Assembly (NCBI GenBank): GCA_002335405.1
Contig: DCWM01000054.1
Location: 1-35,192, forward strand
Direction of reading: 5' to 3'
Length of the DNA: 35,192 nt
Source of the DNA: Dehalococcoidia bacterium UBA2162
GTDB lineage: Bacteria > Chloroflexota > Dehalococcoidia > Dehalococcoidales > UBA2162
Shown here one piece after another: positions 19,171-29,240 of the stretch (positions within the stretch are counted from its first letter, which is position 1; each line of letters starts with the position of its first letter). The notes beneath the pieces were generated by a model. The model had not been told where the DNA came from, made no database searches, and saw only the letters and a program-made list of their open reading frames with translations. Both the position numbers and the translations under genes were made by a program.

Positions 19171-19986
19171 ATGAAAGACAAAACTCCAGCCAACGAGACG
19201 ATAACCTTTCTCGGTACCGGTGGCGCCAGATTCATGATAATCAGCCAGATTCTAGCCTCTGGCGGATTATGGCTGAACCTCAGCGGCACAGAAATACTGA
19301 TCGACCCGGGACCCGGCTGTATCGTCCAATCGACCAAAAGGAACCTTAGGGCTGAGAAACTTAGCGCTATTATTGTCTCCCACCGCCACCTTGACCATTC
19401 AGCCGATATCAATGTCATGATTGAGGCGATGACACAAGGTGGCCAAAAGCAGCACGGCTACCTCTTCGCTCCGGCCGATGCCCTAGAAACGGAACCAATT
19501 ATCTTTTCCTACCTCAAAGACCGTCTTGACCGCATTGAAGTTTTACAGGAGGGTAAATCCTACTCAGTAGGGAATGTTACCTTCACTACCCCAGTACGCC
19601 ACCTCCACCGAGTAGAGACCTACGGACTAGTCTTTAAAACAACCAAACACACATTCTCTCTGATTACCGATACCAGCTATTTTGATGGCTTACACCAAAG
19701 CTATGGCGGGGAATTACTTATCATGAATGTCGCCTTCCTCGAACCCCGCTCCCACAGTCAGGACCCATTACTCCCGGCGGATCATTTATCGGTACCCGAT
19801 GCGGAGCGTCTTATCCGAGAACTAAAGCCCAAAGTCGCCATTCTGAGCCACTTCGGTATGACCATGTGGCGAGCCAAACCTCGGGAAATCGCTAAGCAGT
19901 TATCACAACAGACTGGGGTCAGGGTGATAGCAGCACAGGACGGCATGAAGTTCGACCTATCCCAACTAGATAGTAACGGACTCTAG
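19171..19986 (+). CDS. Metallo-beta-lactamase-fold hydrolase
   Basis: FLGTGG, IDPGPG, SHRHLDH, TDT, HL, SHFG and A.DG. Confidence 0.9.
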   Translation: MKDKTPANETITFLGTGGARFMIISQILASGGLWLNLSGTEILIDPGPGCIVQSTKRNLRAEKLSAIIVSHRHLDHSADINVMIEAMTQGGQKQHGYLFAPADALETEPIIFSYLKDRLDRIEVLQEGKSYSVGNVTFTTPVRHLHRVETYGLVFKTTKHTFSLITDTSYFDGLHQSYGGELLIMNVAFLEPRSHSQDPLLPADHLSVPDAERLIRELKPKVAILSHFGMTMWRAKPREIAKQLSQQTGVRVIAAQDGMKFDLSQLDSNGL

Positions 19987-20045
19987 TCCGTTAGTTTCTT
20001 AGCTTATTTCCTCCACTTGAGCTATGATAAACTTTTGGAGAACGT

Positions 20046-21875
20046 ATGACTCAACTGGATAACATTCTGTATGAAGTGACAAAACCAGCCCGCTATACCG
20101 GTAACGAATGGAATAGCATCGTCAAGGATTGGGCGAAAACACCAATGAAAATCGCCCTCAGCTATCCTGACCTCTATGAAATTGGCATGTCTAATATGGC
20201 GGTACCAATTCTCTACGATTTACTTAATCGCCAGCCGGATATTCTCGCCGAGCGGGCTTACGCTCCATGGCGAGATATGGAAACAGCGATGCGACAGGCA
20301 GGCATACCACTGTTTAGCCTTGAATCTAAGCGCCCACTCAAAGAGTTTGATATTATCGGCTTCTCTCTGGGCTACGAACTCACCTATACCAATATACTCA
20401 ATATGCTCGACCTGGCTCAAATACCAGTTCTGGTAGCGGAAAGAAACGACTCTCACCCGTTAGTTATCGCCGGTGGTAGTTGCACCCTCAACCCCGAACC
20501 GATTACTGACTTTATCGACCTCTTTGTCATCGGTGATGGCGAAGAGGTCGTTCTCGAGATGACAGAGTGCTTTCGGGATTGGCAAAAAAGCACAAAGAAA
20601 GCACCTAAAGAAGAACTACTGCGCCGGTTAGCCATGATCCCCGGCATCTATATACCCAGCTTTTACCGAGTGGCATATCAGGCTGATGGTCTAATCAAAA
20701 GCTTTACACCGACCATACTAGAAGCAAAATCAAGCATTGAGCGGCGAATAATTACCAAATTACCACCGCCAGTGACTAAACCAGTAGTACCGCTTATTGA
20801 AGTCATCCACGACCGTGGGGCAATTGAAATCCAGCGGGGCTGTAGCCGCGGATGCCGATTTTGCCAGGCGGGAATTATCTACCGTCCACTACGGGTACGA
20901 CCCCAAGCCGAGATTATCCAGGCCGCCAGCGACCTGGTGAACAGCTGCGGCTACAATGAGATCTCTCTGATATCGTTAAGTACTAGCGACTACCCCCATA
21001 TCGATGAGCTAGTTGCCCAACTCTCTCAACGCTACCCCGACCTAGCGCTATCTTTACCCAGTCTCTACATTGATAACTTCTCTATAGAGTTGATGGGCAA
21101 ACTACCACGCCACAACAAGACCGGTCTCACCTTCGCCCCTGAGGCCGGGAGCGAAAGATTGCGGCGCAGTATTAATAAGGATGTTACCGAAGAGAAACTG
21201 ATGGAAACAGCGGCGACAGCTTTTGAGAGGGGTTGGACAGGGCTCAAGTTGTATTTCATGATTGGTTTACCGGGTGAAACTCCCGATGATATCGTCGAAA
21301 TCGCGCGCCTGGTGGACAAAGTCCACCACCTGGGTAGACAGACGAAGGGGAAAACGCCCCAGTTAAGGATTACTCTGTCCACCTTCGTCCCCAAGCCGCA
21401 CACACCTTTTCAGTGGGTGTCTCAAGAAAGTGAAGAAGGGTTAAATACGAAAACCGAACTACTTAAGCAGAGACTACGCCGGAAAGGCGTGAGAATTTCA
21501 TGGCAGGACCCCAAAATCAGTCAGCTTGAAGCAGTCTTGTCCCGAGGCGACCGACGACTGGGTAAGGTTATTCAACAAGCCTGGCGGTTAGGCTGTACCT
21601 TTGACTCATGGAGCGAATACCTCAATCTGAAGAACTGGCAACGTGCTTTTCAAGAGACGGGGCTTGATATGGATTTCTATGCCCGACGACTACGTTCCCC
21701 TGATGAATTACTTCCTTGGACACATATTAACAGCGGCGTAACCACGGCATTTCTGAAACAGGAAGAACAGCGTTCCCGGGACGAGAGAAAAACCCGTGAT
21801 TGCCGCACCGAAGCCTGCAATGCCTGCGGGTTAGAACACTCGCAGACAAAGTGTCAAGAGAAACTAAAGAGCTAA
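20046..21875 (+). CDS. B12-binding radical SAM protein, TIGR03960-like
   Basis: KPARYTGNEWN, YPDLYEIGMSN, EIQRGCSRGCRFC (CxxxCxxC), APEAGSERLR, FVPKPHTPFQW and a C-terminal C...C..CG. Confidence 0.88.
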   Translation: MTQLDNILYEVTKPARYTGNEWNSIVKDWAKTPMKIALSYPDLYEIGMSNMAVPILYDLLNRQPDILAERAYAPWRDMETAMRQAGIPLFSLESKRPLKEFDIIGFSLGYELTYTNILNMLDLAQIPVLVAERNDSHPLVIAGGSCTLNPEPITDFIDLFVIGDGEEVVLEMTECFRDWQKSTKKAPKEELLRRLAMIPGIYIPSFYRVAYQADGLIKSFTPTILEAKSSIERRIITKLPPPVTKPVVPLIEVIHDRGAIEIQRGCSRGCRFCQAGIIYRPLRVRPQAEIIQAASDLVNSCGYNEISLISLSTSDYPHIDELVAQLSQRYPDLALSLPSLYIDNFSIELMGKLPRHNKTGLTFAPEAGSERLRRSINKDVTEEKLMETAATAFERGWTGLKLYFMIGLPGETPDDIVEIARLVDKVHHLGRQTKGKTPQLRITLSTFVPKPHTPFQWVSQESEEGLNTKTELLKQRLRRKGVRISWQDPKISQLEAVLSRGDRRLGKVIQQAWRLGCTFDSWSEYLNLKNWQRAFQETGLDMDFYARRLRSPDELLPWTHINSGVTTAFLKQEEQRSRDERKTRDCRTEACNACGLEHSQTKCQEKLKS

Positions 21876-21924
21876 AGACAAACCAGAGCACCCAGGAACC
21901 GGCGAAATCGGTATGATTTTTTCT

Positions 21925-24363
21925 CTAATCAAACGCCGTGATAGCCACTGCCTTATCACCAGCACCCAGCCTCATGAGTTTGACTCCTGCAGTACTTCGG
22001 CCTTGAACGGTGATGCCTTTCTTAGGGTCCCGTTCTTTCACCGGAGTACGGATGATAATGCCATCGGCCGATATTATCATCACCTGCTGGGAAAAGGAAA
22101 CCACCCTGGCCGTGGCGACATCACCCGTCTTCTCCATAATCTTGAAGGTCCGGACACCAATACCGCCACGCTTTTGTAACGGATAGTTAGCCACCCGGGT
22201 CAGCTTACCGAACCCCTTAGCACTAACGATTAGAACAAAGCCATTAGGGTCGGCTACATCCATACTCACCATAAGATCGCCTTCAATCAAGCGCATCGCC
22301 CTTACGCCGCCACTCGTCCTTGAACTTGCCCTCAAGCTGGACACGGGGAACCGAATAGATTGCCCCTTTCCTGTTACGACCATAATTTCATCCTGGTCAG
22401 TGGCGAGTCGTACCGCCACCAGATCATCCCCTTCTTCGACATCCATAGCAATTAGTCCACTACTGCGCACCGAAGCGAAACGCTCTAAAGCCGTCTTTTT
22501 GATCTCACCACGACTGGTCGCCATCAACAAATAAACGTCAGGCCGTAAGTCAGCCATAGAAACGACATCAGTAACCCGCTCCCCTTCAGCAATCGGAAAT
22601 AAATTAATCACCGCTATCCCTTTAGTTGCCCGGGAGCTACTTTCCAAAATTTCATAGCACTTGAGACGAAAGACCTTACCCCGGTTGGTGAAAAATAGCA
22701 AACCGTCATGAGTGTCAGCCACTACCAGAAGCCGGACCGCATCATTATCCCTAGTTACCATACCAACGATACCTCTACCCCCACGGTGCTGCAGGGCATA
22801 GAGTTGAGAGAGCACGCGTTTAACGAAACCCCGCTGGCTGAGCGTGACGACAACTCTTTGATGCGGAATGAGATCTTCGACATTAAACTCAGTCTCTCCC
22901 TGGGCACTAATTTCGGTTCGCCGTGGGTCGCCAAACTTCTTTTTTAACCCACTCACTTCATTCTTGATGACCAGCAACACTTTCCGCGGGTCATCAAGTA
23001 GCGACTCCAGATAGCCGATATGTTTCAAGACCTCAATATGTTCCTCAAAGATTTTACTCCGCTCGAGGTTAGCCAAGCGACGCAACTGCATATCTAATAT
23101 CGCCTGCACCTGAACTTGAGTTAGGCTAAAATCATCCTTAAGACTTTGACGAGCTACCTCTACGGTCTCTGCTTTACGGATGGTAGCAATCACCTTATCG
23201 ATCTGCTCTAGGGCAATTTTCAACCCTTCCAGAATGTGAGCTCGCGCCCTAGCTACTTTTAAGTCAAACTGAGCGCGGCGCGTGACCACCTCACGCCGAA
23301 AATCTACAAAATATTGAAGGGCCTCCTTAAGGCTAAGAACTCGGGGCTGACCTTCAACCAGCGCCAGCATATTGACGAAGAAAGCTGATTGCATTGCAGT
23401 ATACTTATAGAGACTGTTCTGCACCTGCTGTGGTTGAGCTTCTCTCCTTAACTCGATGACAATGCGCATGCCCTGCCGGTCAGATTCATCACGCACCTCA
23501 CTAATACCCATGATGCGTTTGTCCGTCACCAGTTCCGCAATCCTCTCGACCAGGGCTGCCTTATTGACCTGATAAGGCAGCTCAGTGACGATAATTTGCC
23601 GATGCGCCGACTCACTAACCTCAGCGATTTCGGTTTTAGCGCGAACCACAATTCGACCGCGCCCGGTAGCATAGGAGCTCTTAATACCTTCTTGCCCCAA
23701 GATAATACCCGCCGTCGGGAAATCTGGTCCCTTAACGAATTTGGTCAGGACATCAACGGTAACTGACGGATTATCAATGAGGTGAATGAGAGCATCACAC
23801 ACTTCACTCAGATTATGGGGAGGAATATTGGTTGCCATGCCGACGGCGATACCAGAACTACCATTAACCAGCAAATTTGGCACCTGCGCCGGTAACACCG
23901 ATGGTTCCTGCAGACTAGCATCAAAATTAGGCAAGAGGTTGATGGTCTCCTTATCAATATCCACCAACATTCGCTCAGCGATTGCAGTGAGACGCGCCTC
24001 GGTATAACGCATAGCTGCCGGCGGGTCATCATCAACACTACCGAAGTTACCCTGCCCATCAACTAGCATATAGCGCAAAGAGAAATCCTGCGCCATACGC
24101 ACCATTGCGTCATAAATCGACGTATCACCATGGGGGTGGTATTTACCCAGCACGTCACCAACAACACGAGCGCTCTTCTTGAAAGCACTATTATGAGTAA
24201 TCCCCATGTCATTCATGGCGTAAAGGATACGCCGGTGTACTGGCTTCAGACCATCCCGAACATCAGGCAAGGCACGGGACACGATGACACTCATCGCGTA
24301 GTCCATATAGGAACTACGCATTTCGTCTTCGATGTTAACTTGTCTTAACTTACCTACCACCAT
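21925..24363 (-). CDS. gyrA: DNA gyrase subunit A
   Basis: [29 protein letters not shown] (catalytic Tyr), GyrA-box QHRGGRG and beta-pinwheel repeats. Confidence 0.97.
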   Translation of the reverse strand: MVVGKLRQVNIEDEMRSSYMDYAMSVIVSRALPDVRDGLKPVHRRILYAMNDMGITHNSAFKKSARVVGDVLGKYHPHGDTSIYDAMVRMAQDFSLRYMLVDGQGNFGSVDDDPPAAMRYTEARLTAIAERMLVDIDKETINLLPNFDASLQEPSVLPAQVPNLLVNGSSGIAVGMATNIPPHNLSEVCDALIHLIDNPSVTVDVLTKFVKGPDFPTAGIILGQEGIKSSYATGRGRIVVRAKTEIAEVSESAHRQIIVTELPYQVNKAALVERIAELVTDKRIMGISEVRDESDRQGMRIVIELRREAQPQQVQNSLYKYTAMQSAFFVNMLALVEGQPRVLSLKEALQYFVDFRREVVTRRAQFDLKVARARAHILEGLKIALEQIDKVIATIRKAETVEVARQSLKDDFSLTQVQVQAILDMQLRRLANLERSKIFEEHIEVLKHIGYLESLLDDPRKVLLVIKNEVSGLKKKFGDPRRTEISAQGETEFNVEDLIPHQRVVVTLSQRGFVKRVLSQLYALQHRGGRGIVGMVTRDNDAVRLLVVADTHDGLLFFTNRGKVFRLKCYEILESSSRATKGIAVINLFPIAEGERVTDVVSMADLRPDVYLLMATSRGEIKKTALERFASVRSSGLIAMDVEEGDDLVAVRLATDQDEIMVVTGKGQSIRFPVSSLRASSRTSGGVRAMRLIEGDLMVSMDVADPNGFVLIVSAKGFGKLTRVANYPLQKRGGIGVRTFKIMEKTGDVATARVVSFSQQVMIISADGIIIRTPVKERDPKKGITVQGRSTAGVKLMRLGAGDKAVAITAFD

Positions 24364-24378
24364 CTCAGAGCCAACCTT

Positions 24379-25218
24379 CTACTCTTCATCAGTCTCCTCA
24401 TCATTATCTGATTCCTCAACAAATATTTCCGTATCCGCCCCTACCTCTTCACCCCCAACTATAATAAAGCTCTTTCCTTCAGGCACCTCCTCAGCCTGCA
24501 TCTCACGCCGAACCCTTCGTTCGCCCAACCGCCCCACCACGGACGGTCGAAAACCTTCGGTTCCGCGCGGTAAAAAGGAAGGCCGCCCCGCCTGGCTAGG
24601 GTGCTGAGACACCTCTCGAATAATCACCGTTACCACTTCTTCCACGGCACTACAAATAGCGACGGTATACCGATTACCCCCCTCCATCAGCTGGACCAGA
24701 CGCTGTCCGTCCTTGGACCCAACCTGCCCCAGATATTCGCCTCGATCATTTTCGACAAGCAAGCTTAAGCCATCGGCTTTCAAATTAACACACTCACCCG
24801 CCACCATCCTGGCTAAGATCTGTGGTGGCGCCAAGCGACAGAGACTAACTACACCCGTCTTACCCACTTCCTCAATAAACTGCTGCGGCTCAATTACGCG
24901 CGCGCTACCCCCGGAGCTCACCACCGTCTCATCCAAACGGGATAAACGACTAAGATTCTTTCTGGCAATATCATTATAGGGGCCAAGCTCGATAGCTTTT
25001 TCGTAGGCCCTGCGCGCCAGAGAATAATTCCCAATCTCCATATAGGCTCGACCCAAACGATTGTAGGCATTGACGTCGTTCGGAAAGTCCTCGACAATAA
25101 CCTCATTAGCGACAACAGCTTCTTGCCATCGACCCTGTATGGCTAAAGCGATGGCCTGACGACTGGATCGCCGCTTCAGTCTGGTCCGTTCTTCTTCCCG
25201 ATAGGGTTGGTATGACAT
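24379..25218 (-). CDS. TPR protein with C-terminal beta-rich (HIRAN-like) domain and acidic tail
   Basis: AYNRLGRAY...A..AYEKAIEL.P.N.IA.KNL TPR; L.VENDRGEYLGQV...RL..LMEGGNRY.VAI; EESDNDEETDEE tail. Confidence 0.7.
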   Translation of the reverse strand: MSYQPYREEERTRLKRRSSRQAIALAIQGRWQEAVVANEVIVEDFPNDVNAYNRLGRAYMEIGNYSLARRAYEKAIELGPYNDIARKNLSRLSRLDETVVSSGGSARVIEPQQFIEEVGKTGVVSLCRLAPPQILARMVAGECVNLKADGLSLLVENDRGEYLGQVGSKDGQRLVQLMEGGNRYTVAICSAVEEVVTVIIREVSQHPSQAGRPSFLPRGTEGFRPSVVGRLGERRVRREMQAEEVPEGKSFIIVGGEEVGADTEIFVEESDNDEETDEE

Positions 25219-25242
25219 TCGTTCCCCCGTAATTGGCGTTAG

Positions 25243-26463
25243 CTACCCCTCGAGATCAAGCTGGAATGCCTGGTGCAAGGCACGAACGGCGTCCTTCACT
25301 CGGGATTCCTCAATAATGCAGGTTAACCGTATCTCGGAAGTAGTAATTAGCTGAATATTTATCCCGAGCTTACTCAGTGTGCTGAACATCCGCGCAGCAT
25401 AGCCCGGCGTATTTTGCATCCCAGTACCAATAATACTAATCGTACCTAGCCTAGCATCACTGACGCATTCGCGGGCGCCAATCGACATAGCGATAGGCTC
25501 GACCACTATCATTGCCTTTACCAGATCACTCTTCGTCACAGTAAAGGTCAAATCAGTAATATTGTTGATACTGGCATTCTGCACAATGGTGTCTACACTA
25601 ATACCAGCCTCAGCTAACGGTCCAAAGATAACCGCGGCAATCCCCGGACGGTCAGGCACACCGACCACCATTATCTTGGCCACATCCAGGTCGTGGGCAA
25701 TACTTCTCATTTTATTACGTACTTCCATAGATACCTCTCCATGAATTAGTGTCCCCGGGCTATCGGTAAAGCTTGAGGCGACCAGAATAGGGACATTAAA
25801 TTCTCCGGCAAGCTCGATAGCGCGGGGGTGCATGACCTTTGAGCCATAAGCCGCCAACTCCAACATTTCCTCATAGCCAATCTCACGTAACCGCCTAGCT
25901 TCAGTCACCAAATGCGGGTCAGACGTATAAATACCTTCGACATCAGTATATCTTTCACACACCGCCGCCTTAAGACTGGCAGCGAGGGCAACGGCAGTAG
26001 TGTCCGAACCTCCACGCCCTAATGTGGTAACATCCATATCATCAGTAATCCCCTGAAAGCCAGCGACAATGACAATCCTGCCCTGCTCCAACTCTCGTAA
26101 TATGCGCGTCGGGTCGATATCCACGATGCGAGCGCGACTATGGTTAGCGTCGGTTTTGATGCCCGCTTGAGCTCCGCTAAGACTAATAGCTTCATAACCC
26201 ATATGTCGTAAGGCCATGGTAAGGAGAGTGCTCGTCACTAACTCGCCGGTAGATAACAGCGCGTCAAGTTCACGCTCACTAGGAGGCTCGGTGACTTGAT
26301 AGGCCAGCTTGATTAGTTTATCGGTGGTATCGCCCATGGCAGAAACGACAACCACCAACTGGTCGCCCCCATTCCGTCGGTCGATAATATGCTGGGCAAC
26401 ATTCTTGATTCTCTCCGCATCAGGCACCGAAGTCCCGCCGTATTTTTGAACGATTAGCGCCAT
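25243..26463 (-). CDS. lysC: Aspartate kinase
   Basis: VQKYGGTSV, VVVSAMG, TTLGRGGSDTTA, TDVEG and two ACT domains ending in TSEIR. Confidence 0.97.
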   Translation of the reverse strand: MALIVQKYGGTSVPDAERIKNVAQHIIDRRNGGDQLVVVVSAMGDTTDKLIKLAYQVTEPPSERELDALLSTGELVTSTLLTMALRHMGYEAISLSGAQAGIKTDANHSRARIVDIDPTRILRELEQGRIVIVAGFQGITDDMDVTTLGRGGSDTTAVALAASLKAAVCERYTDVEGIYTSDPHLVTEARRLREIGYEEMLELAAYGSKVMHPRAIELAGEFNVPILVASSFTDSPGTLIHGEVSMEVRNKMRSIAHDLDVAKIMVVGVPDRPGIAAVIFGPLAEAGISVDTIVQNASINNITDLTFTVTKSDLVKAMIVVEPIAMSIGARECVSDARLGTISIIGTGMQNTPGYAARMFSTLSKLGINIQLITTSEIRLTCIIEESRVKDAVRALHQAFQLDLEG

Positions 26464-27654
26464 TTATGTCTTCCCAGCTAATCTACTCATAATATTATAC
26501 CCGGGGTCAAGAAACAAGCCTGTTTTTTTAGCCTCGGCTTCAGTAAATCTTTTAGCCCCGTTTGCCGTAAATCCTTGCCCCCAAAGTAGAAACGGCACCG
26601 GCTCGGAGCAATGGGTACGGATTTCAATAGGCGTGGGGTGGTCGGGCATAACCAGTACTCTTAGAGAATCTCCCTGCCACGAGCGGATTCTACTCAGGAC
26701 ATCTCTATCAATCCGCTCGATAGCTTTGACCTTCTCCTCAACCAAACCAGAGTGGCCCGCCTCATCCGGCGCTTCAATATGAATAACAACCAGGTCATGC
26801 CGACCAAGGGCGGCCAGAGCACCAGTCGCCTGGGCAGCATAATCATTATCCTGGCCGTCAGTTACTCCCGGAATCTCCAGTGTCTCCATCTCCGCCATCT
26901 GAGCCAACCCACGGAGCAGGTCAACCCCCGCGGTCATCACCCCACTAAGACCATAAACTTGCTTGAAGGATGGTAGATCTGGTACCTGACCGGTACCCCA
27001 ACAAAGCCAGATGGTCGTCGCCGGGACTTTATCATCAATTCCCCGTTTAATATTCACCGGATGTACTCGTAGTACTGTTTCGGAGCGCGCCATCAGGTCA
27101 CGCAACAGTTCACTCCCAGAGCCTTTGGGCAAAAACTCAGCCACCGGCTTACCGGGGATATTATGGGGTGGGGTGCAAATAGCAGCCAGGGTATCTCCCC
27201 GCCCTTTGAGTTTTAGGATATGCCGATAGTTGACGCCAGGGTAAAAGCGCACCCGGTCGTCACCCAAACTCTCGTTTAGCGCCTCAATCAACTCCAAAGC
27301 CTCTTCATTAGTGATATGTCCAGCGCTATAATCCTTCATCTCCCCCCCCCAAATTCCCACTAGATTACAGCGGAAAACGACTTCGTCCGCACCAACAGGA
27401 ATACCCATGCTTTTCGCTTCAATTGCCGCTCGACCCCGGTAGTAGACCGTCGGGTCATAGCCCAGTACCGACATACAGGCACAAGCACTCGATGGTTCCA
27501 TCCCTGACGGCACCGTACGCGCCAGTCCGAGCATACCTTCCCGAGCCATCACATCCAGATTAGGTGTCCGCGCTAACTCCAGACAAGTCTGCTCCCCCCA
27601 CTCCGGTAACGCCCACCCCGAAGCTCCATCAACTATCAGCACACAGTATTTCAT
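26464..27654 (-). CDS. apgM: Cofactor-independent phosphoglycerate mutase, ApgM type
   Basis: DGA, TPNLD, RCNLV, DYSAGHI, HIEAPDEAGH, PDHPTP and THCSEPVPF. Confidence 0.88.
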   Translation of the reverse strand: MKYCVLIVDGASGWALPEWGEQTCLELARTPNLDVMAREGMLGLARTVPSGMEPSSACACMSVLGYDPTVYYRGRAAIEAKSMGIPVGADEVVFRCNLVGIWGGEMKDYSAGHITNEEALELIEALNESLGDDRVRFYPGVNYRHILKLKGRGDTLAAICTPPHNIPGKPVAEFLPKGSGSELLRDLMARSETVLRVHPVNIKRGIDDKVPATTIWLCWGTGQVPDLPSFKQVYGLSGVMTAGVDLLRGLAQMAEMETLEIPGVTDGQDNDYAAQATGALAALGRHDLVVIHIEAPDEAGHSGLVEEKVKAIERIDRDVLSRIRSWQGDSLRVLVMPDHPTPIEIRTHCSEPVPFLLWGQGFTANGAKRFTEAEAKKTGLFLDPGYNIMSRLAGKT

Positions 27655-27785
27655 CTCACCATCCTAACTCTTCCAAGAAATATATTACCCTATTTTCCTC
27701 TGTTTTAGGAAAAATCTCAAGCCCTTCTTGGAAGAGGCAGCCTTAAGTCACTTAAGTCAAACGATTTTTTATTTATCGGCCCGCC

Positions 27786-27814
27786 TTGCTCAATTATTCA
27801 ATTCCACCTATAAT
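27786..27814 (+). promoter_or_regulatory. Promoter of tRNA-Pro (TTGCTC-N17-TATAAT)
   Basis: The -10 ends 9 nt before the tRNA. Confidence 0.7.
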
Positions 27815-27823
27815 GTCTCCTGG

Positions 27824-27899
27824 CGGGGCGTAGCGCAGTCTGGTTTAGCGCGCAGCGTTCGGGACGCTGAGGCCGGTGGTTCAAATCCACTCGCCCCGA
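27824..27899 (+). tRNA. tRNA-Pro (CGG)
   Basis: Acceptor CGGGGCG/CGCCCCG, anticodon arm CAGCG-TTCGGGA-CGCTG, T arm GGTTCAAATCC; CCA not encoded. Confidence 0.97.
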
Positions 27900-28099
27900 T
27901 CATCATCAACAAATTTGTACCCCAGCGGGAACTCAAGACTAATGACCTCCCGCAGTAGTTCATTCTAAAGTTACCCTAACTCACTGTCAACTTTAAAAAT
28001 GGCTAGTCAATCCTCTTACTGCAGCATTATGGACGATTGTTGGGGACCTGCCATTGTCATACCATCTCTCCAAAGTCTACAATATTGGCAAGAATAACA

Positions 28100-29041
28100 A
28101 TGGGAAAGAGATTGAGACTAAGCCCGGCGCACTGGGGCATTTTTATCTTCATTATTGCCCAGAGCATCACCTTCTTTGTTCTTCCTCGCGTAAATTTGTT
28201 GTTACAGAGTAGCCATATCTATATCCCTCCGCAGCTACCTGAGTCGATACCACTATGGCCACAACCAATCTCGCCTGCACCACCGGGGGAAGTTCCAGCA
28301 CCCGCCGTGGGCTCGCTTGGACCGATACTACTCTATTTCTCTGCCGCAGTAACTGTGCTAGGTATAACCTTAGCCCTAATTCCAACTTCAGCTTTACGAC
28401 TGCTTTTAAGGACTCTGTTCGCCTTTTTGTTTTCCTGGGGAATATTTATCATTCTCATTTTATGGTTCCCTCCTATCATTGCACTTCTCGTCTCGGTTAG
28501 TGTAGGGTTCACTTGGTTCTTTACGCCCAGAGTCTGGTTGCATAATTTCCTGATGATTTTCGCAATGGTCAGTCTAGGAACAATATTCGGGCGTCTAATT
28601 TCCCCCTGGACAGCAATGGTCTTGATATTAGCCCTTGCAGTTTACGACGTTGTGGCAGTCCGCTTCGGATACATGCTCTGGATGGCGAAAAAACTAGCTG
28701 AATCTAGTACCCTCCCGGCATTTATTATTCCCCAATATGCTTCCGAATGGAACTCCAGTCTCACACAACCCGGCTTCACCAAGTTAGTCGAAGAGAACCC
28801 CTTCGAGAGGAAGTATTCCATACTGGGCGGGGGTGATGTTGGCATTCCCCTTCTTCTTATTTCTTCAGCATATTTTGGTTACGGCTTTATTTCTGCTGTT
28901 ATTGTTGCGGTGTTCTCCGTACTCGGTCTAATCTGCTCCTACTGGATTCAGGCAGCTTTGCTAAAAGGGAAACCTACGCCGGCACTACCTCCGATTGCCA
29001 TCTTATCCCTAATTGCGCTCCTCATTGTCCGCTATTTCTAG
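28100..29041 (+). CDS. Presenilin/signal-peptide-peptidase family (A22) intramembrane aspartyl protease
   Basis: Multi-pass membrane protein with AVYDVVAV (YD), LGGGD (GxGD) and PTPALPP (PAL) in the canonical order. ATG 28100 is preferred as the start. Confidence 0.88.
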   Translation: MGKRLRLSPAHWGIFIFIIAQSITFFVLPRVNLLLQSSHIYIPPQLPESIPLWPQPISPAPPGEVPAPAVGSLGPILLYFSAAVTVLGITLALIPTSALRLLLRTLFAFLFSWGIFIILILWFPPIIALLVSVSVGFTWFFTPRVWLHNFLMIFAMVSLGTIFGRLISPWTAMVLILALAVYDVVAVRFGYMLWMAKKLAESSTLPAFIIPQYASEWNSSLTQPGFTKLVEENPFERKYSILGGGDVGIPLLLISSAYFGYGFISAVIVAVFSVLGLICSYWIQAALLKGKPTPALPPIAILSLIALLIVRYF

Positions 29042-29240
29042 TGCCTAGTCCTTTTTCTTCACCAAGAAATCATACGATGAGTTACTCAGGACTTCTGTGC
29101 AGACTTGACAATCGGATACGTTAGACTCCTATAATTGATTTAATCTGTAACAGCTGGAACAGTTACGGATGTCAGTATGGCATTATGGTTAGTTTAGTCG
29201 GGAATTCGTTTGTACCCAACATATCGAGGGGAAGACAGTA

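Noticed and set aside
3507-24363. Inteins in DnaE, RecA or GyrA
   Set aside because: The protein lengths are normal and no intein-sized insertions are present.
27655-27780. Lysine riboswitch upstream of the lysC operon
   Set aside because: The region is too short and the conserved lysine-riboswitch motifs are not visible.
27728-27958. 76-aa ORF in the track
   Set aside because: It is a translation through tRNA-Pro and its promoter.
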